Source: Nageia nagi | Taxonomy: Eukaryota > Plantae > Pinophyta | Direction: 5' to 3' | NCBI GenBank assembly: GCA_050084985.1 | Contig: JBITNC010000001.1 | Location: forward strand, 179,366,001-179,430,000 | DNA: 64,000 bases | Shown here: positions 41,201 to 55,620 of the stretch, in pieces | Layout of the letters: each line of letters begins with the position of its first letter | How positions within the stretch are numbered: position 1 is the stretch's first letter | Made by a program: the position numbers and the translations under genes | Notes under the pieces: model-generated | The model's input: the letters and a program-made list of their open reading frames with translations, nothing else | Told to the model about the DNA's origin: nothing | The model's database searches: none

Positions 41201-42654
41201 TTCGAAAGACCCAATATTTCATTAATTTTGGATTAGCTCAATGACATATATATGAAAACATATTCTCATATTTTACATAAGAAAAAATGAATATAAATTC
41301 TAAGTGAATGTAGACATTACTACACTATTTAACCCAACACCCTACATTCATTTTCAAATGAAAACCCATTATTATGTTAGGAGAACATGACGGTTCTAAA
41401 ATTTTAAAATCTTCAATATATTCAATTAAGAGAGAGAAAACTATGAATAAGAGTAAAACAATGATTACTCTCTAATCAAGAATAATGGATACTACAAGAG
41501 ATCATCATAATAATTTTTCACCCAAATATACTTGCACACATGATAGAAATAACATATATTCTCTCTTCAAAACATTATTATGAAACTTGATAAATTCATG
41601 TGATGGCATAGGGAACCTACTATAGAGATTTAGATAAGTAGGATTACCAAGAATATAGAGAACTATTTGAACTTAAAAATCATGAAGACCTCTCAATTTT
41701 ACCCCCTTAACACCCTCAAATACCTCCTTCCATTTCTTTGACAAAAAAACTCAAAGTTAAAAGTACCCTTTTCTTCAACCAAAATTAAAATACAAGAAGA
41801 ACCATCAAAGCCATGATCCCCATAACAACTAGTCTACCCCTTAGACTCATCAAAGAAACTCAAGATTGAATGATAGATATATTACCCATATTCTCAACTC
41901 AAACAAACCCCTTAACTCCTATTGGTAAAATTGCCTAACCAACCCTCCAAGATTGTGAAGAGAGAGAAAAAAAAGAGAAGTTTAAACTAATCCTTTCTTG
42001 TATGATTTCCAAAGTTCCAATCACTACCACCACCACATACCTTATTTATAAGGTTTAATCCAAATTAGAGGTCTTTAGTTTTAATAAAGCCTTTTACTAT
42101 TAAATTTATAAATCTAAAATTTAGGTATAAGGTTATTTAACCTTTGAAAAGGGTTTTTGAAGTACAATAGAACTTTACTAAGCTTTAACATAAGATCCAC
42201 ACTTTATTTGATTCAAAATATATATTTATTTTTTAAGATACATTCATTTATAATATAAAATGCACTTGTAGGGTGTATAATACAAGAAAGATGAAATGAT
42301 AAAGCAAATCAATTCAACAACTTTAAGAGAAAGTGCCTAGTAGACTCTCAATCTATAACAACCATGAAAAACATATTGATGAAATATAAAGTAACATGAT
42401 ATTTTAGTGTATAATTCAATATATTACTCTAACCATAAGTAAGGTATTATGATTTATACATACAACAAATGAAATGTTCAAAACATAGCATCATAATATT
42501 CCTCATATTAGGTTTTGAATCCATCAATTCATCCAAAACCTACAACATTGTTTCTCACAAATAATTAAATTTTGAGTTTAGCATAAACAAGAAATCAAAT
42601 TGAAACATAGTTCTTACAAAAGAATTGAGGTTTTTAGGGGCTTGGAACATTACA
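35207..42654 (-). mobile_element. Solo LTR (~3 kb net) inserted in pol and interrupted by a LINE; strand tentative
   Basis: TGTAAATACC...GGAACATTACA termini; TSD AGATA (35202-35206) / AGAGA (42655-42659). Removing it restores H-I-S-L-L-R-K-Y. Confidence 0.8.
36565..41014 (-). mobile_element. 5'-truncated L1-like LINE, ORF2 pseudogene (APE endonuclease, RT, C-terminal zinc region)
   Basis: INVYASN..LWRWL..WFSCGDFNM (40661-41014); KAP..FPYEFYK; IDFEKTYDKIE; QGCPLSP; KFLGIPF; LLRDFLW..HHVSWEFCYLPKAKGGMGI. Short A-tail at ~36565-36572. Confidence 0.93.
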
Positions 42655-45600
42655 AGAGATATATGAAAGACATCATGAATCTTTGAAAGAGTAGGTAGTA
42701 AGGATATTTTATAGGAAACTTGACTTATTTCCGCTACAATTTTGAAATGCCCTACAAACCATGGATCTAATTTAGTAGACTTTATGACACTTTTCATAGG
42801 ACAAACATGTAATAATACTTTTCTCCTATAAAAAATTCTCATGGAGTTCTTTTCAAATCAATGTAACTCTTTTAATGATCAGATTCTTCATTAAGCTTCT
42901 TCATAATCATTTTGAGTTGATCCTCTATTTCATTCAAATCGTCTAGTCCAATCACTACCTGATCATTTGGATTATACTATGATAATGGAGTTCTAAACTT
43001 CCTTCCATATATCAACTTGAAAGGTGCCTTCTCTAAGGATAAGTGATAAGAATTATTATAAGTGAACTCAACCAAGTACAAGTAATCTTTCCATTTAGTT
43101 CTTTACTATATACAATACATTTGCAATATATCCTCAAGGATCTTATTAACCCATTTAGTTTGACCATCTATTTTTGTATGATATGCTAACCTCATATTTA
43201 GTTTGGTGCTTACATCTTGATGCAAGGTTCTCCAAAATTGAGAAGTGAACTTAAGATCCCTATCTAAAACTATCATTTTAGGAAACCAATGTAACTAAAA
43301 AATTTCCTTAATAAACTTATACGCAAAAGTTGGAGCATCATCGATTGTATTTTATGGAATAAAATGAGCTACTTTAGTGAGATAATCAACTATGAAAAAG
43401 ATGACATAACGATGAAATCTCATTTTAGGCAAATTAACAATGAAATCCATTGATATCTTTTATCATTTTTATATAAGAATATCATGTGGATTTGATAAAC
43501 CACCTAGATGTTGATGCTTCACTTTAATGTTTTGATATTCCTAGCATTTAGTTACAAACTCATTAACATCCTTCTTCATTCCACACCAATAAAAAGTATT
43601 TTTGATATTTTCTTGCATTTTTTCACCACTAGGATTTACAAAAAAGAGGTGATTATTGTGCTTCCTACATGATTTGTTTTCTAAGATCACCAATCTCTAA
43701 AATAATAATCCTATCCTTGAGCACAAAATCCATCCTTAATCCCAAAATCTTTAACTATACGATCATATTTTTCAATTTATCATCAATATTAATATAATAA
43801 GAATAATGATTTTAAGATTCCTTAACCTGATTTAACATGTCAAAGTGAATTTTTTTCATAATCATAAGGTGTCTTTATCTAGTTAAACCATCCATAACCT
43901 TATGTCATTTACCCTTAATGTACTTCATTATAAAGTCATATTCAGCCAAGAAGTCCATCCATCTTCTTTAGTGTGCATTAAGGTCATTCCAAGTAAAAAT
44001 ATACCTTAAGCATTGGTGATTTGATTTTAACTCAAAAGGTCATCCTAATATATAATGCCTCCAAATATTTAGTGCATGAAAAATGGCTTCCAATTCAAGG
44101 TCATGTGTAGAATAATTCATTTCATGAGTCTTTAACTTGTGAGATTCATATGCTATAGGTCTATCACTTTGAGACAATACACCTCCCTAAAACAAGTAAA
44201 GAAGCATCAGTATACACTGTAAAATCTCCAAAAGGATCTAGTATAGAAAGAATTGGAGTATTTGTGACTTTATATTTTAGGGTATCAAAGGCTTTTTAAT
44301 ATTTTTGAGTCCACTTGAAAGATTTATTCTTCTTTTGAAGACTTGTAATAGGATTTGCTATTCTAGAAAAATCATTTACAAAGTATCAGTAATATCCTAC
44401 ATGTCCTATAAAATTTCTTACTTCAATCACATTGGTAGGAGTAGGACAACTCATGATAGCTTAGATTTTTTTATAATCAACTAACACACCTTTAGTAGAA
44501 ATTATATATCCTAAGTATTGAACTTACAAAACATAAAACTCACATTTGGAAAGTTTTCCAAAAAGTTAATATTTTATTAACACTTATAAAACCAACTTTA
44601 GATTATAATCATGTTCTTACTTTTTCATTAAATAAATAAATATATCATATGAAAATACTAATATAAATTTATCTATGTATATAAAAAATATGTTTTTCAT
44701 GAGATTTATGAAAGAAATAGGCACATTGGTCAATCCAAAATAAATCATAACAAATTCATAGTGACCATATCTAGTTTTAAAAGTTGTTTTATGAATTTAG
44801 AACTTTTGATTCTTAATTGATGGTATCTAGATCTTAGATCAATCTTTAAAAATATGGTAGCATATTTAAGTTTATTGAACAAATTATCAATTATTGGTAA
44901 AGGGTATATATTCTTAATTGTGACTTTATTCAACATTTGATAATCAATACATAAGTGCATGGATCCATCCTTATTTTTCATAAAGAGGATTAGAGCAACC
45001 CAAGGAGATGCATTAGGATCGATTATCTATTTTTCCAACAAATCCTTAAGTTGAACCTTTAGCTCCTACATCTTGATTGTTATCATTCTATAAGGAATAT
45101 TTGAAATTGGCTCTGCACTAGGAATTAGATCAATAGAGAAATCAAATTCTCATTTTGTAGGTAATCTTGGTAAGTATTTAAGAAAAACATCCATAAATTC
45201 TTACTAAAAGGAATATTGTTGAAAGAGTTTCTCCTCCTGGTTATCTTTTTCCGCTTCCTTAATCTTCACTACATAAATTAACTCATCCTTTTAGATAGTT
45301 CTTTTTAATTGCATAGTAGTAAGGAGATAGGGTTTGACACTACCTCTATCATAATGGATTCTTTACCTTTACAAGTTAAGATCAGTGAATTTGATCCATA
45401 TTTTATGAAACTCAATCAAATCTTTTTGAGCTCAAAGTAAATCCATTCCCATAATGACATCAAAGGAATGTAAAGGTGCTACATATAGATCCAATTCTAC
45501 AACTCCTTTAAGTAGTTTAATTTCAACATTTCTAAAACATTAATTAACTAAGAAGGTTTGTCTAGCTCCATACTTGATTGACCATCCTTATGTAAAAAAT

Positions 45601-47100
45601 TATAATGCTTTTAGAATATCTCTTATAATTGAAGAAGAAATAAAACTCTCTATTGCACCATAATCAATAAGAATTTCAAATGTTTATCAAACATTATACT
45701 TGAAATTTGCATAGGTATTGCTTGATCATTCAAATTAATCTTTTTGGTTGCTACAAAATTCCTATGTTCAGATAAACTCTTCTTTCCTAGGAACATATTT
45801 GCAAAATGATTAGGACCATCGCAAACCCAACACACTCCCTTATTAGATCCCTAAGTATTATTTTGATTATTATCATTTGCGACATCATTCCTCTTTTCTT
45901 AGAAATTTTTATTTTATCTTTGATCTTGATTTTTATTTTTATGATGATTTTTCTTATTATTGGCACCATTTTCATTATTTTTCTTTTGGGGTTGATTTTG
46001 ATTTTGATTTTGTTGGAAGTTATTTCCTTTGAACCTTTTATTGTTTTGTTGCTAATGATCTTTTTCCCATTTGATAAATCCTTTATTATTTATATTTTTC
46101 ATCTCTTATTTTTCATCCTTGTCCAATATGCTATAATTCATAAAGGATCTTTTGAAACCTAAGTTACTTTCTTCTTATTGAGCTAGGTCATATGCTTTTT
46201 ACAACATTTGTGGCTTGTGCATATTTACTGTTATTTTGATTTTTGAATCCAATCCCAAAATAAATCTATGAATCTTCAATTCATTTTTATCCTTGCGTAC
46301 ATATTTGAATAGTCTTACAATATTTTGGTGATATTGTTTGATTAAAAAATTTCCTTGTAGATGGGTGTAAAATTCATCATAATTTTCATAGTAAAATTAT
46401 TTCATTTTATATTTCTTCTTAAAAGTAACAATAAAATGCTCCCACTTAAGGTTCACTCATTAGATCTTTTGTTGAACTTTGTAGGATTTCGACCATTGCA
46501 ATGTGGGTTCAAAAAATTCATTGTAGCCTAAGAAGTCTGTGCTTCTGAAGAAATATTTTTCATGGAGAAGTATGTCTTCATTTCTTCCAACCAATCCTTA
46601 GTAGCTTCACCTCCATATTTTTCATTAAATCTTGGAACTAGAAGCTTCTTCAAATCTTTTGCATGTTCTTAATCTACCTAGATCTGATAGGATCAACATT
46701 ACTAATACTAACTCTTTCCTCATTATCATTAGTATTATTTCAGTTATTGGGATTTTGCATTTTTTTCATCAATATTTCTAATATTTCTTGTTACTTTTCC
46801 AATTGCTCCTATAATCTTACCATACTTACCCATAATTACTATGCCATCTAGTAATTACCTACCCATAATTCTCATAATTACTACCATTGCTAGAAATAAC
46901 CTTCTCGTTATTTCTTAGCTTATTATTTATGGAATTATGGTAGAACTAGATTTTATTCATTTTCTAAGTTTTTAAAAATATCTAAAGATTCATCTATTTT
47001 AGTTTGTACTTATGGTGAAATATCATACACTTAACGCAGAGCCCAATACAGGTTTTTTTTAGAGCCCATACTCCAAAACTACGAAATGGAGCCCAATCAT
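42655..47100 (-). pseudogene. pol: gag-pol polyprotein, disrupted
   Basis: Zinc knuckle CWVCDGPNHFANM; [48 protein letters not shown]; RNase [16 protein letters not shown]; integrase and the SYKISL..KIHDVFHISL motif. Confidence 0.95.
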
Positions 47101-48531
47101 TTCAAGTATGACTTTAACCTATACTTGAGTTTTATGGTTTTACTCTCTAATACTTAAATAGTTAATTGAAAGATTTTACCACATCAAATTCTTTAATCTC
47201 TTTCAAGAATCCATTATCTTATGCATTAAGAAATTGAATTCTAGATAACTTTGTCTAAGGTTTTATATGATAAACACTTGTTCAATTCATATCAAACAAC
47301 AATGAATCCATTCCAATATGTTGATGAAAGGAAACTAAATTTATGCAATTCAAACTCATATTCTCTTAATCCAAATTTAAAACAAAGAACTTGATCATTC
47401 TTTTTCAAGTGGAAGGTGAGTGTCTATCATGAATGTAAACTTTAAATGGATCATATCAACGCTTCTTTTAAGTTCTAAATCCATCTTATTAACATATTAA
47501 CTTAAATGTAAAATAGGTAATATAACACAAATTTATGTTAAGAACTTCCCTTCTTAACTTAATATGAATGCACATCCTTCTTGATGTTCAAAAATACAAA
47601 ATCTATCATCATAACCTTAAAGTTTCCAATTATTTATATATGCAATAATAATACAAGATAAACTCATACTTCTTTCCATAATTTTTAAAATGCATATATT
47701 TTTCAATTTATAACTATCTTATATATATATATATTCTATTTTTTTAAATAGATTTAATTATTTAATAATATATATAATATAATATATATTTTTTATTTAA
47801 ATATATTTTTTAACATTTTTTATATTTTAAATAATATTGAATGTAGGGTGAGGGTTGGCGTGCGCCACGCACCCAACTCCCTCACCCCATTACCAAGCAA
47901 CCCTTGGGGTGAGGTAGGGTCGACCGCTAGGTTGCTGCACCCCTCCTCCCATTGGCCTTCCACATAGGATCATAGAGCCTTAATTATATATATAAAGAAT
48001 ATATACATATTAAATACAAAAATATTTTGATAATACATATTGTATCTCATAATTAAAATTTGAGTTTAATAAAAACACAGAATAACTATTTTTCTAAAAA
48101 CTTAACAGATACAATTTTTTTTTTTACTTGTGTCAGCTTGAAAATAGAAAATTTTAGAGAGAAAGACTGTAAAAACTACAAATGAGTTATTAGTTTACAT
48201 TCTATTAGATTCTCTTCCAAGATCAAAGACACCTAGAAACCCCCATTTCATTTCAAACTCATGAATTTAATTGAGATGCAATTCTAGAAATAATTAGAAT
48301 CCAAAATATATTTTTAATCTAAATGCTCATCCTTGGATTACAACCAATATTATTTTTACAAGAAGATAAATATTGTATATGCATCTAAATTTTAAAATGC
48401 AACTTTGTAAATAAAACCTACAATGCATTTTCCAAATTGTGCTTGGTTTATATTCCTAATTTCTATGTCAAAAGTATTAAAAAAACCAACATGCATTTTT
48501 AATTTAAAAAGGTAAACCATTTCTAAAAATA

Positions 48532-51500
48532 TCATGACCACCCCTCATGAGATTTCTTTATTGATCTCCATGGGAGGATGGTAGAACCATTAATGTAGGT
48601 TTGTGGTATTATTTGATTGATCTGGTAAATTATAATATATATATTATAAGGTGGAGTGACTAAAAAGGTCTCTTGAAGTTTAATGAGATAAGAACAACTT
48701 GATGTTTGAAATATGTACATAAGACATCACATTCTTTTATGCGATAGAATTAATATTTAATAACAAATTTTGCATTAGACCATTGTTTGAAGTTATAACT
48801 ATTGTATTGATGATAATTAAAAATGATAATAACCTCAAAAATAAATAGTATTCATCATTAGTATTTATAGGACAATAAATACTTATGAATTTTTATAAAT
48901 TTAGACATTGAATTAAATGCTATAGAAACTTTTTATGTTATAACAAAATTGGATATTGATAGATCAAGTATCCAAAAAAATCTTCATCTAGTTAAGTTTA
49001 TGATAATTATCTTTTACTCATAATCATCTCTTTTGTATGTGAAATGTGAGGATGGCTGAATGTATGTTGACATTTTTTTAAATATAAAATAGAATTCAGT
49101 TTTATGTTAGGAGATTATTAGTTGGTAATTTATTATTGGAACCGTGAGGTATAAATAGTAATACTTTTTGGGATATGGATGTTATCTTATTTTAAAATCT
49201 CCTATTTGGAGTTATGTCTTGTAAATAACTTCTTGTTATGAAAAGAAGTGATAGAGGTAGCGATTTGGACCCATAGTCATGGAGTAATTAATAAGACAAC
49301 ATATCAATCTTCCATCAAGAGATACAGTTTACTTCAGTTTTCTTTACCACTCTTGCATGCAGGAACATAAGTAGCTCAGTGAATGCAAGACTACAAATTT
49401 ATGAGGGAATCAATAACTAATCTCCTTGATTACAAAAGCTTCATCGGAAGTAGTGGATTGGCCTTCCATTATTAAAGACCCATGATTCCAAGAAGGGCTG
49501 ATGGTTTTGAATGACAAAGTGGGTATTTCTATAAATACTTCAATGAAATGACTTGGAGAGAAACATGAAAATAGCATCTTATTGTTACCACCTGTTATCA
49601 TCTTGGAAACAATAACAGAGAGGGATACAAAGCATGATCTACAAGAAAGTGTTAGGATAAAAAAATATCGAAGTGAGAAAAAGTTGACGGAATATAGAGG
49701 GGAATGCCTTTGAAGGGGATGAGAAGTTGTGGAGAAATAAGGGATTGACAGGATACCAAAAAGATGGACATCATAGATTAAGCCAAGAAATAGACTTAGT
49801 ATCAGAAAATGGAATGAGCAGGATATGTACAGAAAGGGGTTTTTCTGAGAAGGTGTAAGAGACTTTTTCACTGATACAATAAATAGTAGTAGAATTTGAA
49901 TCAAATAGATTCACCTTTCCCTACGCTTTTAGAGTTCACACTAAACTCGAAGTTTTGCATCGCGATTTATATATATACATAAAATAATCTTTGAAGGCAT
50001 ATCCCTATCACATGTTGTGGCTATGGAAACCATAGTAAACTATTTGCAAATTTGCATTTTATAAAAAAACATCATGAGCTCTACGAGTAGGCACGAGAGT
50101 AATATGTAAATCCAAACTTTGTAACCTTTTCCAATATTCTTTTAGCTCGTACCACCATGGGGGTTTTTGAAGAAGGTTTGGATATTTTTTAAGAGTAGTC
50201 TAAGCTTGTTTCTTCCGAGTGTGAGTGCATAAGTGAAAATATATGTTAAATTTCAAAATCTTTAGAATGGTTGCATTATTAGGTTGCATTGTCCATAAGA
50301 AAAGCCATAGTTAGTATTCTAAAAGGGCTTTGAATTAATTTGAAAATACTGCATTGTGATGGAGTATTACGGGCAGTAATGAATGCTGAAATGCAAAGGT
50401 TCATAAGTTCAAAATGGAATACATTTTATTCCATGAAATGCTTTATCAAAAGGCAACTTTAGAGAATACTATAAAAGGAGGTTATGCACATCGAGATATA
50501 TTGGAAAAATCTGGAGATTGATAAGCCAAACTCGGTAACATTTACCAACACATTTCCAATACCTACCAATATGGGATATCTAGAGAAAGAATTTTTAGTC
50601 ATGCAGAGTCTCAAAAGAGACTGATTGCACCATGATGGGAAGTATTTTCCATATGCTTGACGTGGAAGGTTATGAACAAGGATCAAATTCTCTTCGATAT
50701 AGCCTAGCATGTGAAGCCCTATGGATGAAATCTACCTATGTAGGACATTGTATGAGTCCAGCTAGAATGTGGAGGCTTTTTATATGAGATAAAGTGGGTT
50801 TGTGGCAATAGCTTTGGTGTGAAATCTACTCCAATTTGGATCTGGTTTAGGTAAGCTATGCCAAACTCCTTATTCTAAATGATTGCGTTAGCTTGCATGT
50901 GATTTTTTATGTTAAGTATGTGATATCATGAAATGTTTAAATTAAATATTTAAACATTTATTTAGTATCATCTATTCTGTAGATTTAGAAAATTATTGAG
51001 AAATATATATCTTCCCAGTTCTTCAACAGATTCTATTCAATAATATAGATATAAAGGTAGACTTAATAGTGTTGTCTTGCCATTAGAAAAAACCAAAGAC
51101 TTTTCCATAATTTAATATAAAGGCTTGTGTTAAATGATTCTAATAATTCTTCTAACTATATTTAAATATAGCCTTTGAGTACCCTAGAATGCAAGTTTTT
51201 GTTCAAATATTTGAGGAATTGATTCATATAATTTATTTAATGTTTAGATGAACCTATTCTTGATGATTATTTATAGGATATGATTATTAATGATTTAGAA
51301 TATTAGATCATTGAAACCATTCATATCTTTATTTTAGGAATCCATGATATAATGACTCCAAGTTATGATGGCCTGGTATTAATGCTAACTTGATGTTAAC
51401 ATAATGTTAGCTAGTCTTACCTTCTTAAGATAACAAAGGCTAAAAGGATTCACCTAGTTAAGCTAGCCAATCTTGTGGTAAAATTCTTGATGCAAGTGAC

Positions 51501-52434
51501 ATACCCTTGATTAGTCTTAATATTTACTTATGAATAATTATAGAACTCCTACATGTTTGTGAATATTTACTTAAGTTCTTCAATTGTAGTAGTATTATGA
51601 TGCGATTATAACATGACAATGTAAGGATTCTAGTTATGGTAATTATTGTTACTACTATTTATTTGGGATCATTACTATCATTGTTTATAGCCTTTTGTTC
51701 CATATGATAGGTACTTATTTTGGGTGCTCCTATTTTTATATTGTATATTATTGCATTGTAGTGCATTTGGATGTTGGATCCTTAATACTAGGTAATGCAC
51801 TTAATAATGAATCAATGACATATTATATGACTATGTTTCTTCATATCTTATTATTTGATCAAGGAAACATAGCATTGTTTAATGTTTATATTTACATTTA
51901 TGCATTTGTATTTTGCATAGAAGACTATGTGACACTTGAGATCTTCTATTGTATTCAACTAAATATTTGGAGGTATTGTAATAGGATAACAATGTTATGC
52001 TAAGTAGACCTATTTTGGTTGTGGAACTATGCTAAAAGAATATATGCTTGAATGAAGAAAAAAAATGTAAAATATTTATTATAGTGATAATAAAATATTA
52101 TTAGGTAGAATAACTACCAAGGGTTTACCTAGTATGGAAATGCCTAGGGTTTTTCTCAAGCGTAGCTCAAACTTGTGGTGTTGTGAGAATATCTTATAGA
52201 TTGGTTATTTATATGATGTTTCACTTTAGTTATTTCTAAATTTAAATAATTGATGGAAATGTATGAGAAAAATAAATGATTGTTGGGTTTCCATAAATCT
52301 TATGGAATGTTTATATTTTTGTTTATGTTTCATGTGTAACAAGTCCTAAACATATGATCTCTAATAACTAATGTTTGAGTAAGATTTAATGGTTAGAGAC
52401 AAATTTTGTTATTGAAATTTTTTTGTTCTTTATA
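48532..52434. mobile_element. Unclassified 3.9-kb insertion carrying gene-like fragments
   Basis: Absent from the sister LTR; flanked by TAAAAATA (48524-48531, 52435-52442). No TIR or LTR recognised. Confidence 0.7.
50520..50725 (+). pseudogene. Short degenerate PLS-PPR fragment
   Basis: KPNSVTFTNTFPIPTNMGYLEKE at 50523 resembles the L-motif KPNSVTFASILPACANMGALEQG. Flanking similarity is weak. Confidence 0.45.
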
Positions 52435-52440
52435 TAAAAA
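51630..52440 (+). repeat. Dispersed non-coding repeat, copy 2
   Basis: Aligns with 27040-27845. Confidence 0.8.
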
Positions 52441-55123
52441 TACTAATACCTAGAACCATTTATATTTTCAGATTCTTGCAATAATTAAATTTCTTTTCTT
52501 AAAGCAAATAAAACTAGCATGCATAGAGAGCACCTGTAATTTGTAAGCAATTCCTTTTGAAGTTGTCTCACCCAACAAATGTAAGCCAAATCCAACTCTA
52601 GCAAGTATGCAAGCCCAAAATTCTCCATAAAATCCACACAAACTAGCATGAAGAATAAAAATCCTTTGTAGTTGCAAAAAAACTACCAAGGTTGTAGTTC
52701 TAAAAACCATTTCTAAAAACTCATGCGAGCACAAAACTAGAACAACTAGTTTACTCTAGGTTTTTAGTAGTTTACCTAAAAATGCATTTTTAAATAAATA
52801 AAAATACATTATATATTAAAATTCTTAATTATCCTTTTAAAACTATCAAATATCTAGTCATTAATGCTATATATATTTAGATACTTAATTAAACCATTAA
52901 ATATCTAAACATTAATACATGTAAATTATATATCAAACAATATATTATATATATACCTTTTCATTAACTATTTTATTTTTATTTTGCAAACTAAAGTAAA
53001 TAAGGAAACAAAGGTAAGCATTTTTTGTCAAACATAGATAAGCATGCAACATAAGGGAAAAATAAATCTCTTTTGCTAATAATATAACATCCTTGCTCTC
53101 AATCACACAACATAATAAAATACCTAGATGAATTCATATGTTCCTTATGGGATGAGGCATCATCATCATGTCCAATTTTCATCCAATTAAGGGACCCACT
53201 CACTTGGGTACCTATTCCTATAAACACATCAATTCCAAGTAGTATCAAAATCATAGGAATATATGTAATAATCAATCATAATAATGAAAGAACATAAAAA
53301 ATTGATCTCATAAACATATTTCAAACATAAATATGCTTATCATAATATTTTTCCAAATGCTAAAATCATCTTAAGGGAAGGGTCACTACAATACCTTAGT
53401 TTTACTCTACTCGTCTCATCAAATTCTAGATGAAATGAGTCTTCAAATTGAAATGATTTATTCTAGAATGATGAATAGGGTTTTGTGTCAACATAATGGC
53501 ACCTTGGTTGCAACAAAAAATGGTTGTTTCATCTTTTTGCTTCCCTTCAATATCCTTTAATAGTTTTCTCAACCATAAAGCTTATGTTGAAGCACTTGTC
53601 ACTGCTAGATACTCAACTTAGTGCTTGAAAGAAATACAATGGATTACTTTCTTGAGCTCCATGATATCAAAACTAATCTAAGAGAGAAGTAATTCTCATA
53701 TTTGCTCTTTTTATCATCCAAATTGCTACCCTAATCACTATCACTAAAACCTATGAGTTTGAATTTGTAACTATATGTATAATGTATTCCAAAATTGACT
53801 ATCCCCTTGACATATATGAATATTCTATTTTCTTCCTTGAGATGAATAATATATGGATCACTCATATACATTGCAATCAATGAAACACTAAATTGCAAAT
53901 CTAGTTTTGTGTTTGTTAGAAACATGAGACTTTTAATAATACTCCTATACTCTTTCTTGTTCACTTTGGGTTCTCCATATTCTTTACAAAGATGTTCTCC
54001 ATGGTCTATAGGTGTTGTAACAAGTGTCCAATTATCTGTTTTGAACTTCTTCAACATATCATATGCATATTTCTATTAACACACAAAAATATCTTATTTT
54101 ATTTTATACACCTATAAGGAAAGGAAGTAGCTCATAAAACCAAGATATTTCATTTCAAACTCAGCCATCATTTATGTTTTGAAATCTTTATTCATCTTGT
54201 TATTGTTATCCATGAAGATCAATTCATATACATATAAACAAATAACCAAAATATCAAATCCATCTTTCTTAAAATACAAAGTAGGATCACTTACACTTTT
54301 TTGAAAGCCCACACTTTGAAAGCCCACACTTTTGAATTATCCATGAATTCTAGTGTACCAAGCTCTTGGATATTTCTTCATCCCATACAGTACCTTCTTG
54401 GGTTTGTAAACTTGGTCTTCTATTCCTTGAACCTCAAAGCCTTGAGGTTGTGATACATACATCTATTCATAGATGTACTAATTGAGAAAGGCACTCTTTA
54501 CATCCATGCATTAAACTGTCTAATTCTTTATTGCAACCAAAGAAAGTATTAATCTTATTATTTCTTATCTTGTAATAGGTGTAAACATCTCCTAAAAATC
54601 CATACCATACTATTGTGTGAATCCTTTTTCCACTAGCCTTGCTTTTATCTTTCAATGCTCCTATAACATTTGCATTTTATTTTATACACCCACTTGGAAC
54701 CAATAACCTTTTTATCTTTGGGATACTCATAATATTTCCAAGTATCATTCCACTCAATAACATCAATCTCCTCATTCATAGCTTGCATCAAAATAGTGTT
54801 AGAATAAGCTTCTTCATAACAATATTGATCAACAATAATTTGAAATATATTTTGAAATAGAAGAGTAAAGTGCATACTTTACCATTTCTCCTTTGGGATC
54901 TCCACTATCTTCACCTCCATAGAACTGAATTTTCTCTAGCCTTGTTACTAGATTTTTAATAACTTAGGTTTGGATACTTTTAATTCTTCTCATGGTGTTA
55001 CCATCTATGTTTTGATTTTGTGGGTGATCTTTCAACCATCTCTTGCCTTTGTTACCTTGATTCATCATCCTTGCATTGGGTGAGCTTGGTGCACTCACAC
55101 TTGTTGGAGTTGTGGGGGAGATA

Positions 55124-55620
55124 TGTTGGAAATTATAATGCATTATTGTGTAATATTTTTCTTTAATGTAAATTCATTTAGTGCTTGAAGTATTTTTAGA
55201 TACATAAAAGAATTAAAGGAATAAATATAGAAAGGGGAATAAATATAGAAATATCTTTAACCTTACCCTTAGGTTAAAGGGAGGTTAAAGAGTGGGTTTT
55301 ATCTTATAAATAGAGTGGTAACTCCTCTCATTCTATATGATTGAATCATGGTAATATTTTTCTTGTAGGAGTACTCTTGTAAGAGCTTTGTAGAAGAATT
55401 CTTGTAGTAGAATTATTGAGAATTTGTATGATAGTTATCTTATGAGAAGTAAGAGAAGAAATGGTTCAAAGTGGATGTACTCTCAAAAGTTGGAGGAACC
55501 ACTATACATGGTGTGTTATCTTTTGTGTGATTATTTTTTTCTTTGCTAGATGGATAAATGTTAAATTTATTAGAGAATATTTGAAGAGATATTGAATTAT
55601 GGAATCCTTCAATTCCATCA
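55124..55620 (+). repeat. 5' LTR
   Basis: Aligns to 60468-60944. Confidence 0.92.

Larger units (their letters stand above)
32150..53390 (-). mobile_element. Old Ty3/gypsy chromovirus (Tekay/Del-like) with nested insertions; probably part of a tandem, shared-LTR array
   Basis: LTR starts on the minus strand: TGTAGTGACC at 53390 and TGTGGTGACC at 34914. PPT at 34915-34930. gag-pol at 47100-42655 resumes at 35206-34950. 32150-34914 aligns with 46845-48531 plus 52435-53390. Confidence 0.9.
47569..53390 (-). repeat. 5' LTR, split by a 3.9-kb insertion at 48532-52434
   Basis: 47569-48531 and 52435-53390 align with 33055-34914. Confidence 0.75.

Noticed and set aside
45806-46162. Hydrophobic 118-aa ORF resembling a membrane or env protein
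   Set aside because: It is the antisense shadow of the Lys/Asn-rich gag segment on the minus strand.
49410-49904. Longest ORF in the window (164 aa, hydrophobic)
   Set aside because: It is the antisense reading of a purine-rich strand, with no recognisable motif.
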